The notes under the pieces were generated by a model. The model was not told the DNA's origin and did no database searches. It saw only the letters and a program-made list of their open reading frames with translations. From Octopus bimaculoides (Eukaryota): a DNA stretch of 64,000 nt. Position numbers and translations under genes: made by a program. The stretch is taken from the NCBI RefSeq assembly GCF_001194135.2, contig NC_068984.1, positions 26,289,954-26,353,953 of the forward strand, read 5' to 3'. Shown piece after piece: positions 1 through 10,538 of this stretch (position 1 is the stretch's first letter; every line of letters starts with the position of its first letter).

Positions 1-78
1 CGGTAAAGATAGATATCCCTCAGGCTATCCGCACATATATAAACAGACGCTCACCTACACATACGTGTGTCTTGTGCA

Positions 79-82
<4 letters not shown>

Positions 83-133
<51 letters not shown>
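83..133. repeat. (TG)n microsatellite
   Basis: Uninterrupted TG run ending about 20 bp before the 157-674 gap. Confidence 0.95.
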
Positions 134-137
<4 letters not shown>

Positions 138-807
138 CCAGATATTTTCTTTTCGCNNNNNNNNNNNNNNNNNNNNNNNNNNNNNNNNNNNNNNNNNNNN
201 NNNNNNNNNNNNNNNNNNNNNNNNNNNNNNNNNNNNNNNNNNNNNNNNNNNNNNNNNNNNNNNNNNNNNNNNNNNNNNNNNNNNNNNNNNNNNNNNNNNN
301 NNNNNNNNNNNNNNNNNNNNNNNNNNNNNNNNNNNNNNNNNNNNNNNNNNNNNNNNNNNNNNNNNNNNNNNNNNNNNNNNNNNNNNNNNNNNNNNNNNNN
401 NNNNNNNNNNNNNNNNNNNNNNNNNNNNNNNNNNNNNNNNNNNNNNNNNNNNNNNNNNNNNNNNNNNNNNNNNNNNNNNNNNNNNNNNNNNNNNNNNNNN
501 NNNNNNNNNNNNNNNNNNNNNNNNNNNNNNNNNNNNNNNNNNNNNNNNNNNNNNNNNNNNNNNNNNNNNNNNNNNNNNNNNNNNNNNNNNNNNNNNNNNN
601 NNNNNNNNNNNNNNNNNNNNNNNNNNNNNNNNNNNNNNNNNNNNNNNNNNNNNNNNNNNNNNNNNNNNNNNNNNGAGGAGGAGGTGAGGGTGGGGCATTG
701 GCTGGTTGAGGGGTGTTGTGGAGGAGATTCGTCTGAAGGCTGGTGGTGAGAACGTGAGCTGAAATGATTAGGATAATAATGGGAGGGAGGGCGGAGGGGG
801 GAGGGAG

Positions 808-825
808 AGAAAGAAGAAGAAGAAG

Positions 826-857
<32 letters not shown>

Positions 858-1286
858 GTAGTAGAAGAAGAAGAAGTAGTAGTAGAAGAAGAAGAAGAAG
901 TACTAGTTGAAGAAGAAAAAGAAGTAGTAGTAGCAGAAGAAGAAGAAGAAGAAGAAGAAGAAGAAGAAAAAGAAGAAGAAAAAGAAGAAGTAGTAGAAGA
1001 AAAGAAGAAGAAGAAGCAGTAGGAGGAGAAGAAGAAGAAAAAGAAGAAGAAGAGGAAGTAGAAGAAGAAGAAGAAGAAGAAGAAGAAAAAGAAAAAGAAG
1101 AAGAAAAAGAAGAAGAAGAAGAAGCAGTAGGAGGAGAAGAAGAAGAAGAAGAAGAAGAAGAAGAAGAAGCAGTAGGAGGAGAAGAAGAAGAAGAAGAAGA
1201 AGAAGAAGAAGAAGAAGAAGAAGAAGAAGAAGCAGTAGGAGGAGAAGAAGAAGAAGAAGAAGAAGAAGAAGAAGAAGAAAAAGAAG

Positions 1287-1318
<32 letters not shown>

Positions 1319-1350
1319 GAAGTAGAAGAAGAAGAAAAAGAAGAAGCAAA
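808..1350. repeat. Interrupted (GAA)n trinucleotide array
   Basis: GAA units with GTA/GCA/GGA/AAA variants; accounts for the poly-F/L/S ORFs of the track. Confidence 0.95.
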
Positions 1351-2519
1351 AGAAAAAAAGAATTGCAAGGAGGAGTAAAAGAAAAAAAATGGAGGGAAAC
1401 AAAGGGAGGAGTTAAACGTGTAGAAAAGAGAGAAGGAAGAAAACGAAGAAAGAGGGAACTTAAGAAACAAGAGAAAGGAAGAGAACGGGAGAGAGAGAGA
1501 GAGAGAGGGTGGGGAGAGAGTGAGAGAGTGAGAGAGAGAGAGAGAGAGATGGAAAGTGATAAGAGAAAGGGGGGAAAAAAATAAATATCAATCAAAAACA
1601 AAAAGAAACTTGGTAAATAAAGAATCAGAGAAAGAAACCAAAAAAATAAACGTGGGAGTTATGAAAGTTGGAGCAAATGAACAGCAGTTGAGGGTAAAAA
1701 TATATAGAAGTGNNNNNNNNNNNNNNNNNNNNNNNNNNNNNNNNNNNNNNNNNNNNNNNNNNNNNNNNNNNNNNNNNNNNNNNNNNNNNNNNNNNNNNNN
1801 NNNNNNNNNNNNNNNNNNNNNNNNNNNNNNNNNNNNNNNNNNNNNNNNNNNNNNNNNNNNNNNNNNNNNNNNNNNNNNNNNNNNNNNNNNNNNNNNNNNN
1901 NNNNNNNNNNNNNNNNNNNNNNNNNNNNNNNNNNNNNNNNNNNNNNNNNNNNNNNNNNNNNNNNNNNNNNNNNNNNNNNNNNNNNNNNNNNNNNNNNNNN
2001 NNNNNNNNNNNNNNNNNNNNNNNNNNNNNNNNNNNNNNNNNNNNNNNNNNNNNNNNNNNNNNNNNNNNNNNNNNNNNNNNNNNNNNNNNNNNNNNNNNNN
2101 NNNNNNNNNNNNNNNNNNNNNNNNNNNNNNNNNNNNNNNNNNNNNNNNNNNNNNNNNNNNNNNNNNNNNNNNNNNNNNNNNNNNNNNNNNNNNNNNNNNN
2201 NNNNNNNNNNNNNNNNNNNNNNNNNNNNNNNNNNNNNNNNNNNNNNNNNNNNNNNNNNNNNNNNNNNNNNNNNNNNNNNNNNNNNNNNNNNNNNNNNNNN
2301 NNNNNNNNNNNNNNNNNNNNNNNNNNNNNNNNNNNNNNNNNNNNNNNNNNNNNNNNNNNNNNNNNNNNNNNNNNNNNNNNNNNNNNNNNNNNNNNNNNNN
2401 NNNNNNNNNNNNNNNNNNNNNNNNNNNNNNNNNNNNNNNNNNNNNNNNNNNNNNNNNNNNNNNNNNNNNNNNNNNNNNNNNNNNNNNNNNNNNNNNNNNN
2501 NNNNNNNNNNNNNNNNNNN

Positions 2520-2734
2520 TGTATGTGTGTTTGTGTATCTGTGTTTGTCACCCCAACATCGCTTGACAACCGATGCTGGCGTGTTTACGTCCCCGTAGCT
2601 TAGCGGTTCGGCAAAAAGAGACCGATAGAATAAGTACTAGGCTTACAAAGAATAAGTCCTGGGCCGATTTTCTCGACTAAAGGCGGTGCTCCAGCATGGT
2701 CGCAGTCAAATGACTGAAACAAGTAAAAGAGTAA
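2520..2734 (+). mobile_element. SINE family A (CORE-type, internal microsatellite), 3' half
   Basis: Matches the 3' halves of the copies at 9209-9530 and 56320-56825 (GCTTGACAACCGATGCTGG...GACTGAAACAAGTAAAAGAG); 5' half probably lies in the gap. Confidence 0.85.
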
Positions 2735-2933
2735 TATATATATATATATATATATATAAATACATATACATATATATATATATATATTTGTGTATATATA
2801 TATGTGTGTAAATACATATATATGTGTATGTACATATATATATATATATATGAGATAATATAAATACATACATAAATATATATGTATATGTATATATACA
2901 TGTGTGTGTATATGTTACACACACACACACACG

Positions 2934-2978
<45 letters not shown>

Positions 2979-2979
2979 A

Positions 2980-3082
2980 GGCGCATGGCTCAGTGGTTAG
3001 AGCGTCGGGCTCACAATCATGAGGTAGTGAGTTCAATTCCCGGATCGGGCTGTGTGTTTTGTTCTTGAGCAAGACACTTTAT
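2980..3082 (+). mobile_element. tRNA-derived SINE 5' fragment (family C-like head plus CORE-like segment)
   Basis: A box GGCTCAGTGGTTAG, B box GAGTTCAATTCC, then TTCTTGAGCAAGACACTT as at 12781-13035. Confidence 0.75.
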
Positions 3083-3124
3083 ACACGAGTTACCGAATGG
3101 AATAGATAAGATTCGTGTTACATA

Positions 3125-3363
3125 TGTTTCATAACGAGAGGAACCTCGGAAGTAGTAAATATCTAAGCGAGGTGTGTACCGCAGGCTACTCGTCAGGCCA
3201 AGGTATCTCACACTCTGACCGAATCTTCCATGTGTTAACGTGTACCTCCTTGCAACAATGTAAACTTTCATTTCATTAAGATTCCTTTAGCCTGGCGAGT
3301 AGCCTGCGATATACACCTCGTTTGGATATCTACCACTTCCGAGGTTCCGCTTGCTATGAAACA
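3125..3363. mobile_element. MITE with about 80-bp TIRs and TA flanks
   Basis: 3125-3203 is the imperfect reverse complement of 3284-3363 (TGTTTCATA...GGAACCTCGGAAGT...GCAGGCTACTCG); TA on both sides. Confidence 0.85.
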
Positions 3364-3408
3364 TATATAACCCTGATCTTATCTACTCCATTCCTTAAGT
3401 TTTGTAAT

Positions 3409-3640
3409 CTTATTTCTTTACTGCCCACAAGGGGTTGCACACAGAGAGGACAAACAAGGACAGACAAACGGATTAAGTCGATTACATCGACCCCAGTGCG
3501 TAACTGGTACTTATTTAATCGATCCCGAAAGGATGAAAGGCAAAGTCGACCTCGGCGGAATTTGAACTCAGAACGTAGCGGCAGACGAAATACCGCTAAG
3601 CATTTCGCCTGCCGTGCTAGCGTTTCTGCCAGCTCGCCTT
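3409..3640 (-). mobile_element. SINE family D (Meta/MESC-like core), near full length
   Basis: Reverse complement of the 43659 monomer; core GCCTTTCATCCTTTCGGGATCGAT; 13-bp direct repeat TTGTAATCTTATT at 3402-3414 and 3646-3658 (candidate TSD). Confidence 0.85.
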
Positions 3641-3793
3641 AACTCTTGTAATCTTATTCGCATACCCGGCAACCCTGGTCGCCTACCGTGAAATATCGAA
3701 AAAAGTTTTTCCAGCTTATTATACTTCCATACAAAACGATCCACAGCCTTCCGCCTCATTAAACCACTCTTGTTCCTACGCCTCGATCCTTGA

Positions 3794-3837
<44 letters not shown>

Positions 3838-3937
3838 NNNNNNNNNNNNNNNNNNNNNNNNNNNNNNNNNNNNNNNNNNNNNNNNNNNNNNNNNNNNNNN
3901 NNNNNNNNNNNNNNNNNNNNNNNNNNNNNNNNNNNNN

Positions 3938-4122
3938 CTTTTACTTGTTTCAGTCATTTGACTGCAGCCATGCTGGAGCACTACTTTAAGGGGTTTTCGT
4001 TGAACATATCGACCCTAAGACTTATTCTTTCTAAGTCAAGTTCTTATTCTAACGGGCTCTTTTGCTGAACCGTTAAGTTACGGGAACATAAACACACCAA
4101 CGCCCTTTGTCAAGGACACAAA

Positions 4123-4155
<33 letters not shown>

Positions 4156-4304
4156 GTACACACACATACACACACGCAAACACACACACATATTCACTCG
4201 CAAGACTTCGTTCGGCCCGAGGCTATAGTAGAAGACACTAGCTCAAGGTGCCACGTAGTGGTTTGGAAGCAAGTTTCTTATCACACAGCCACGCCTGCGC
4301 CCTA
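3938..4304 (-). mobile_element. SINE family A, near full length with internal (CA)n
   Basis: Tail CTTTTACTTGTTTCAGTC at left, head CAGCCACGCCTGCGCC at right, (CA)n hub at about 4125-4190. Confidence 0.85.
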
Positions 4305-4497
4305 CAGCCACGCCTGCGCCCTACGGCCACGCCATATACGACGGGCTTCATTCAGTTTCCGTCTATCGGCATTGTCTGGATAATATTGGTGGAATATTTT
4401 CTACACTGTATAAATAATATAGCGCTCACGGCAGAGTTCGAAAGAAGAGTTTCAGCTTTGTGGGGCGAGCCTTGTAATTAAGGCTTGTCATGTCATT

Positions 4498-4541
<44 letters not shown>

Positions 4542-4971
4542 CAAGTAATAAAATGGCAAGGGTAAGTCACTATTTACTCCCGCCCAAATATAATACTCAA
4601 TTGCGAGATTGCCATGCAATTTCTAGCACTTGGCTATGAATAATTGGGTACACTACCAGCAGGATATTGGATAAGTACTATCCCTTAGTTNNNNNNNNNN
4701 NNNNNNNNNNNNNNNNNNNNNNNNNNNNNNNNNNNNNNNNNNNNNNNNNNNNNNNNNNNNNNNNNNNNNNNNNNNNNNNNNNNNNNNNNNNNNNNNNNNN
4801 NNNNNNNNNNNNNNNNNNNNNNNNNNNNNNNNNNNNNNNNNNNNNNNNNNNNNNNNNNNNNNNNNNNNNNNNNNNNNNNNNNNNNNNNNNNNNNNNNNNN
4901 NNNNNNNNNNNNNNNNNNNNNNNNNNNNNNNNNNNNNNNNNNNNNNNNNNNNNNNNNNNNNNNNNNNNNNN

Positions 4972-5007
<36 letters not shown>

Positions 5008-5045
5008 ATATATAAATTTATATTTGCATATGTAATTTTGTTTTT

Positions 5046-5216
5046 CGCAGAATCGATAGCACAACCGACGAAATGCTAGTAGTATTTCGTCCGTATTTAC
5101 GATCTGAGTTCAAATTTCACCGAGGTCGAAAGAATAAGCACCAGTCGTATACTGGGGCCAACGTAATCGACTTATCCCCTCACCCGAAATTGCGGGCCTT
5201 CTGCAAAAATTTGAAA
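5046..5216 (+). mobile_element. SINE family D, diverged copy
   Basis: CTGAGTTCAAATTTCACCGAGGTCGA and GTAATCGACTT match family D; tail runs into (TCA)n then (ATT)n. Confidence 0.7.
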
Positions 5217-5368
5217 TCATCATCGTCATCGTCATCGTCATCGTCATCATCATCATCAAAATCATTGTTATTAATTATTATTATTTATTATTATTATTAT
5301 TAATTGTTGTTGTTGTTGTTGTTGTTATTATTATTATTATTATAATAATAATAATAATAATAATAATA

Positions 5369-5400
<32 letters not shown>

Positions 5401-5401
<1 letters not shown>

Positions 5402-5832
5402 TTCTCTTTATCACAGGCTTTGTTGGAGCTCCTGGTGTCTTACATGCGTGGTGGGCTTACTACCTGCAGCCTACGGTACCATGCTATTTGCTCTTTTCTG
5501 CTATCTAATACTTTCCTGATTATTCTGGTCGTGCCAACGGGACAAATCTTTTGTAACAGTTCTACTGGGAACTCTATTCCAATTTCCTTTATATTCCTCT
5601 TAATGCCTTCTGATACTGTTCCCAAGGACCCAACACTAATTGGCACTATCTTCATCTTCTTCATTTTCCATAGTCGGGCTATTTCGTACTTCAGAGGGTT
5701 GTATCTATTTATCTTTTCGCCTTCCTTCTTGACTATTCGCAGGTCAAAGGGGCATGTAACGTCAACTCTATAGCATATGTGGTGCACCTTGTCCACCACC
5801 ACTAGGTCCAGTCTGTTATGCTCTAGCACCTG
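5401..5832 (-). mobile_element. 5'-truncated RLE-type non-LTR retrotransposon (R4/Dong-like), lineage 1
   Basis: Translation HNRLDLVVVDK...VDVTCPFD...KEGEKINRYNPLKYEIARLW...IVPISVGSLG fits a PD-(D/E)xK RLE C-terminus; both ends abut (AAT)n. Confidence 0.85.
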
Positions 5833-5868
5833 ATTATTATTATTATCATTATTATTATTATTATCATT

Positions 5869-6082
5869 GTTCAATAGTTTTATTTTTATAACGTGCTTTC
5901 ACTTCACTACCGAGCGCTGCTCTGTGTGCCTTGGATATGTGCTGTGGTTTGATGTGATGCTCTTATGGTTACTGTATTGAAAGTGTTTTGCGTAGGATGT
6001 GTGCAGTGCCCAGTAGTGCAATTTTCTGTATGTTATATATATTTGTAAGTCCTGGTGTTTTTGTTATGTATTTGTCTGAATA

Positions 6083-6086
<4 letters not shown>
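5869..6086 (-). mobile_element. RLE non-LTR retrotransposon 3' end, lineage 2
   Basis: Encodes SDKYITKTPGLTNIYNIQKIALLGTAHILRKTLSIQ* plus a 3' UTR shared with 6144-6218 and 35739-35858; flanked by (AAT)n. Confidence 0.85.
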
Positions 6087-6143
<57 letters not shown>

Positions 6144-6708
6144 GTTCAGTAGTTTTATTTTTATAACGTGTTTTCACTTCACTACCGAGCGCAGCTCTGT
6201 GCGCCTTGGGTATGTGCTNNNNNNNNNNNNNNNNNNNNNNNNNNNNNNNNNNNNNNNNNNNNNNNNNNNNNNNNNNNNNNNNNNNNNNNNNNNNNNNNNN
6301 NNNNNNNNNNNNNNNNNNNNNNNNNNNNNNNNNNNNNNNNNNNNNNNNNNNNNNNNNNNNNNNNNNNNNNNNNNNNNNNNNNNNNNNNNNNNNNNNNNNN
6401 NNNNNNNNNNNNNNNNNNNNNNNNNNNNNNNNNNNNNNNNNNNNNNNNNNNNNNNNNNNNNNGCACCTACTATGATAGGAATTGTTTCTGTTTTTAGATT
6501 CCACATTCGAGTTACCTCTATTTCCAGGTCTTTGTATTTTGAAAGTTTTTTCCATTTCTTTTAGGGAAACGTTGTCATCTGCTGGTATTGATACATCAAG
6601 TCGAAAGCATTTTTTTTCTTCATGATCTTTGACAACTATATCTGGTCTATTGGCCTTAATTTCTCTATCTGTGTGTATTGGCATATCCCAGAGTATGGTT
6701 GCTTTCTC

Positions 6709-6711
<3 letters not shown>
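6144..6711 (-). mobile_element. 5'-truncated RLE non-LTR retrotransposon, lineage 2 (spans a gap)
   Basis: NEKATILWDMPIHTDREIKANRPDIVVKD...DVSIPADDNVSLKEMEK / frameshift / LSKYKDLEIEVTRMWNLKTETIPIIVG; same 3' UTR as 5869-6086; (AAT)n on both sides. Confidence 0.9.
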
Positions 6712-6768
<57 letters not shown>

Positions 6769-6860
6769 ATTATTATTATTATTGTTGTTGTTGTTGTTGT
6801 TTATGGTTTCCTTTCATTATAACTCTATTTCAGCTGCCTTAGTACCGCCAAATATATTGA

Positions 6861-8079
6861 CGAGGGTGGACTGAAAAGTTCATAGGCTTACAGTGAAGGA
6901 ATGATGCTAGAGCTGTGAAATCTTACATGCATTAATTTCAGCTCTTCTTATTAATAACTGCATTATTTCTTTCCAGGTAAACTGACATCTAACTCAAAAG
7001 TAACTAGTAGCGACTTCTCTTGAAAGTGGACAAAATCTGGCATCGGGGTGTTATCAAGTACCGGCATAAAAAAGGGTTTAGCCCCCAAGGACATTCATGC
7101 TGACATAATTGTTACATTAAGGGAAGATGCTCTAGCTTTATCAACTGTGCAAAAGTGGGCAGCTGAATTTAGAAGATGTCTGAACGTCTTGCTACTGCCA
7201 CTACCGAGGAAAACGTTGATCGTGTTCACTACATGGTGATGGATGACTGGCAACTGACTATAAATCGAACAGCCAATGCTATTAGTATATCACATGAGAG
7301 AGTTGAGAATATTCTCTACAATGAACTTGGTATGACGACAGTTTCTGCTTGGTAGTTATACGTCTTCTGACACGTGACCAAAAGCGTACTAGGCTGATCA
7401 CATCACGGGAAAGTCTGACATTGTTTCGGGAAGATCAAGGTGTTTTTTTTAACGTTTCCTAACCTGAGATCAGTGTTAGGTTCATCATTTTGGGCCAAAG
7501 ACAAAGGGACAATCCATGCAGGGGAAACACCACTTCTCACCCACTCCAAAGAAGATCAAGGTTGTTTCATCTGCAGAGAAGGTGATAGCCTCAGATTTTT
7601 GGGATGCGAAAGGCGTATTTATTGGCTTTCTTCAAAAGGGCCGCACCATCAATGGAAAGTATGGTGTCAACTTACTGAGGCAGTTACGAAAAGCTATCAA
7701 GACCAAACGGCCAGGAAAACTGACTAAAGGGGGTCTAGTTTCATCAGGACAATGCACCAGCACTCAAGTCCTTATGCGTGACTGTGGTTTGGAACGACTT
7801 GATCATTCTCCTTATTCTCCTGATTTGGCCCCATCTGACTATCATCTGTTTCCCAACATGAAAAAATACTTGGCTGTAAACCAGCATGGCAGTGATAATG
7901 ACGTCATATCTGTTAATTACTTTTTTGAGCAACAAGATGAAAATTTCTTCACTAATGGGATCCAAGCGCTGCAACATCGATAGAAGACGTTTATGGACCG
8001 CAAAGGGGATTATGTTGAACAATAAAGTTCATTTGGGGAATTTCCATGGTCAGCCTATGAACTGTTCAACCGACTCTCG
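6861..8079 (+). mobile_element. Decayed mariner transposon (irritans/Himar-like, DD34D)
   Basis: Imperfect TIRs of about 30 bp (6859-6888 vs 8052-8081); fragments KVIASDFWDAKG, HQDNAPA (after frameshift), HSPYSPDLAPSDYHLFPNMK, KGDYVE; several frameshifts and stops. Confidence 0.9.
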
Positions 8080-8675
8080 TATAGTTGCATACATGTTGGT
8101 TTTCATATGTATAGATGGTTATATTATGAGTGTAGGTTTCTTTCTTGGTTTTATAATGTTTGCCTGTTTGTATAGGCGTGTTAGTCAGTATTTGTTTGTA
8201 TAAATGCTAGTGGGTATGCATCTAAATATGTGTGCGTGTGATATGTTAATTGGGAGTTACTATTGTAAAGCAATTTTAAGAATAACAACGAAACATTTAC
8301 TGTTGAAAAGAATAGGTATATGTCTGCATGAACATATGTATATGAGTGAGTGAAGTGAGTAGTTCTAGGTGTATGTATACGCGGATGTGTATGTAAGAGC
8401 TATCCAGTGTTGCAATAGGCGGAAGAATACAGTGAATTAGAGTGGGTTGTGGGGTTTTTCTGCTCGCTGCTACTTCATAGTGCAGACAATGTACCATTAC
8501 ACCTTTTCCTCGCCCTCCCTACAGTTGTTCTCATTATTAATCATAAGTGTAAACAACTAAGTTCGTAGGAGGGCTAGAATGAAAAGAAAGTGGGCTGAAG
8601 AAAAGGGAAAATGAGAAGAAAGAGTGATAAAAATAGAATTAAAAATATGTTGAAGAAGACAAAGAATACAAAGTA

Positions 8676-8676
<1 letters not shown>

Positions 8677-8715
<39 letters not shown>

Positions 8716-8763
8716 GTAGTGGTAGTGTTAGTATTGACGCTACTGGTCGTTATGGTGAGGGTG

Positions 8764-8815
<52 letters not shown>

Positions 8816-8850
8816 CAATAATAATAATAATAATAATGATAATAATAATG
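8677..8850. repeat. Compound (ATG)n/(GTA)n/(AAT)n microsatellite
   Basis: Visible directly; source of the poly-M and poly-I ORFs. Confidence 0.9.
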
Positions 8851-8935
8851 AGGAGAAAGAGGAGGAAGTGGAGGAGAAGGTGATCAAGGTATTGCTTATG
8901 ATGGTGTTTTTTCTTTTTCTTTTTCTTTTTTTTTT

Positions 8936-9047
8936 TCTTGGCACAAGGCGAGTAAATTTGAGCTGAGCGGAACAAGTCGATTACATCGATCTCAGTGCTT
9001 GGCGGGTGCTTTATTTTATCAACTCTGAAAAGATGAAAGGCAAAGTT
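8936..9047 (-). mobile_element. SINE family D fragment
   Basis: AAGTCGATTACATCGA...GATGAAAGGCAAAGT matches 3409-3640; ends at a gap. Confidence 0.7.
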
Positions 9048-9164
9048 NNNNNNNNNNNNNNNNNNNNNNNNNNNNNNNNNNNNNNNNNNNNNNNNNNNNN
9101 NNNNNNNNNNNNNNNNNNNNNNNNNNNNNNNNNNNNNNNNNNNNNNNNNNNNNNNNNNNNNNNN

Positions 9165-9198
<34 letters not shown>

Positions 9199-9208
9199 TT
9201 TTGTTTTT

Positions 9209-9530
9209 TGGTTCCGGGTTCATTCACACTGCGTGACACCTTGGGCAAATGTCTTCTACTATAGCCTCGGGCCGACCAAAGACTTGTGAGTGGATTTGGT
9301 AGACGGAAACTGAAAGAAGCCCGTCGTATATATGTATATATATATATATACATGTATGTGCGTGTGTATATGTCTGTGTGTCTGTGTTTGTCCCCACAAC
9401 ATCGCTTGACAACCGATGCTAGTGTGTTTACGTCCCCGTAACTTAGCGGTTCAGCAAAAGAAACCGATAGAATAAGTACTAGGCTTCCACAGAATAAGTC
9501 CTGGGGTCGATTTGCTCGACTAAAGGCGGT
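9209..9530 (+). mobile_element. SINE family A, truncated at both ends, intact (TA)n(TG)n hub
   Basis: CORE-like GTGACACCTTGGGCAAATGTC, then GGAAACTGAAAGAAGCCCGTCG, microsatellite and 3' half. Confidence 0.9.
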
Positions 9531-9651
9531 AATAAACAAATTTTTTTCAAGAAAATTTAAGAAACCTTCAGGAGTAAAGGCAAAGCATGCCCAAATCAAA
9601 TGATATAATATTAAAACATATACTATCAAATGTAATATTGATTTAAAAATT

Positions 9652-9845
9652 TTATAACAAGGTCTGAAATTTTGGGGCAAAGGTTAAGTCGGGTACATCG
9701 ATTCCAGTGATAATTATTTTAGCGATCCCGAAAGGATGAAAAGCATAGTTGACATTAACGGAATTTGAACTCAGAACATTCAGGTGGATCAAAATGTCAC
9801 TGAGTATTTCACTCAGTGCGTTACCGATTTTGCCAGCTCGCCATC
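9652..9845 (-). mobile_element. SINE family D, diverged copy
   Basis: CCCGAAAGGATGAAAAGC, GGAATTTGAACTCAGAAC and TGCCAGCTCGCC motifs. Confidence 0.7.
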
Positions 9846-10400
9846 TTACTACTAAATGTAATATTAAAAACATAAACACGTACAGATGGCCATGATTTGG
9901 CCACAACAATCTGGGAAATCTCACCCTACTGTCTTGAAAAATGTACACTTTGGATAATGTTCTCCCAGGTATTCTGTACATAGGAAAAAGACGGAATGGT
10001 CACAGTTGAAATGCCTTTGATCATAAATCTGCTTTATCATGAGCTGAGACAAAGAAACAACAGCATTGAACGATGGAGTAGTTTGGTGACAATTACTATG
10101 ACTTTGTTCGTGAAGGACTGGTTCATCAATGACTCAAGCATCATCACCAAGATAATCTCTATCGTTACTACAACCACATCCATCAACCATCAACCATCAA
10201 CCATCAACTACCTCTATATCACACAACCGACACTATCACCATCATCATCACTACCATCACCACCATCGCCACCATCACCATCACCATCATCACTATGGCT
10301 ATAATTATCAGCCACCTCCCTAACCACCACCACCACCACCACCACTACCACCACATACACACACACACACACGCATACACGCCTACGTAAATATGTGTGT

Positions 10401-10538
10401 TATTTTTTACTACCCACAAGGGGCTACACACAGAGGGGACAAACAAGGACAGACAAACGGATTAAGTCGATTATATCGACCCCAGTGCGTAACTGGTACT
10501 TATTTAATCGACCCCGAAAGGATGAAAGGCAAAATCGA
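10401..10538 (-). mobile_element. SINE family D 3' fragment
   Basis: Near-identical to 3415-3545. Confidence 0.85.

Noticed and set aside
20-2603. Long 200-470 aa ORFs
   Set aside because: Produced by N gaps and GAA/TG repeats that lack stop codons; the same applies to all X-rich, poly-HT/VC/YI ORFs elsewhere.
9880-10060. Tc1-like WPxxSPDL motif or exon
   Set aside because: Better explained as an old dispersed repeat, with similar pieces at about 17870-17945, 33220-33400, 38340-38420 and 46200-46270.
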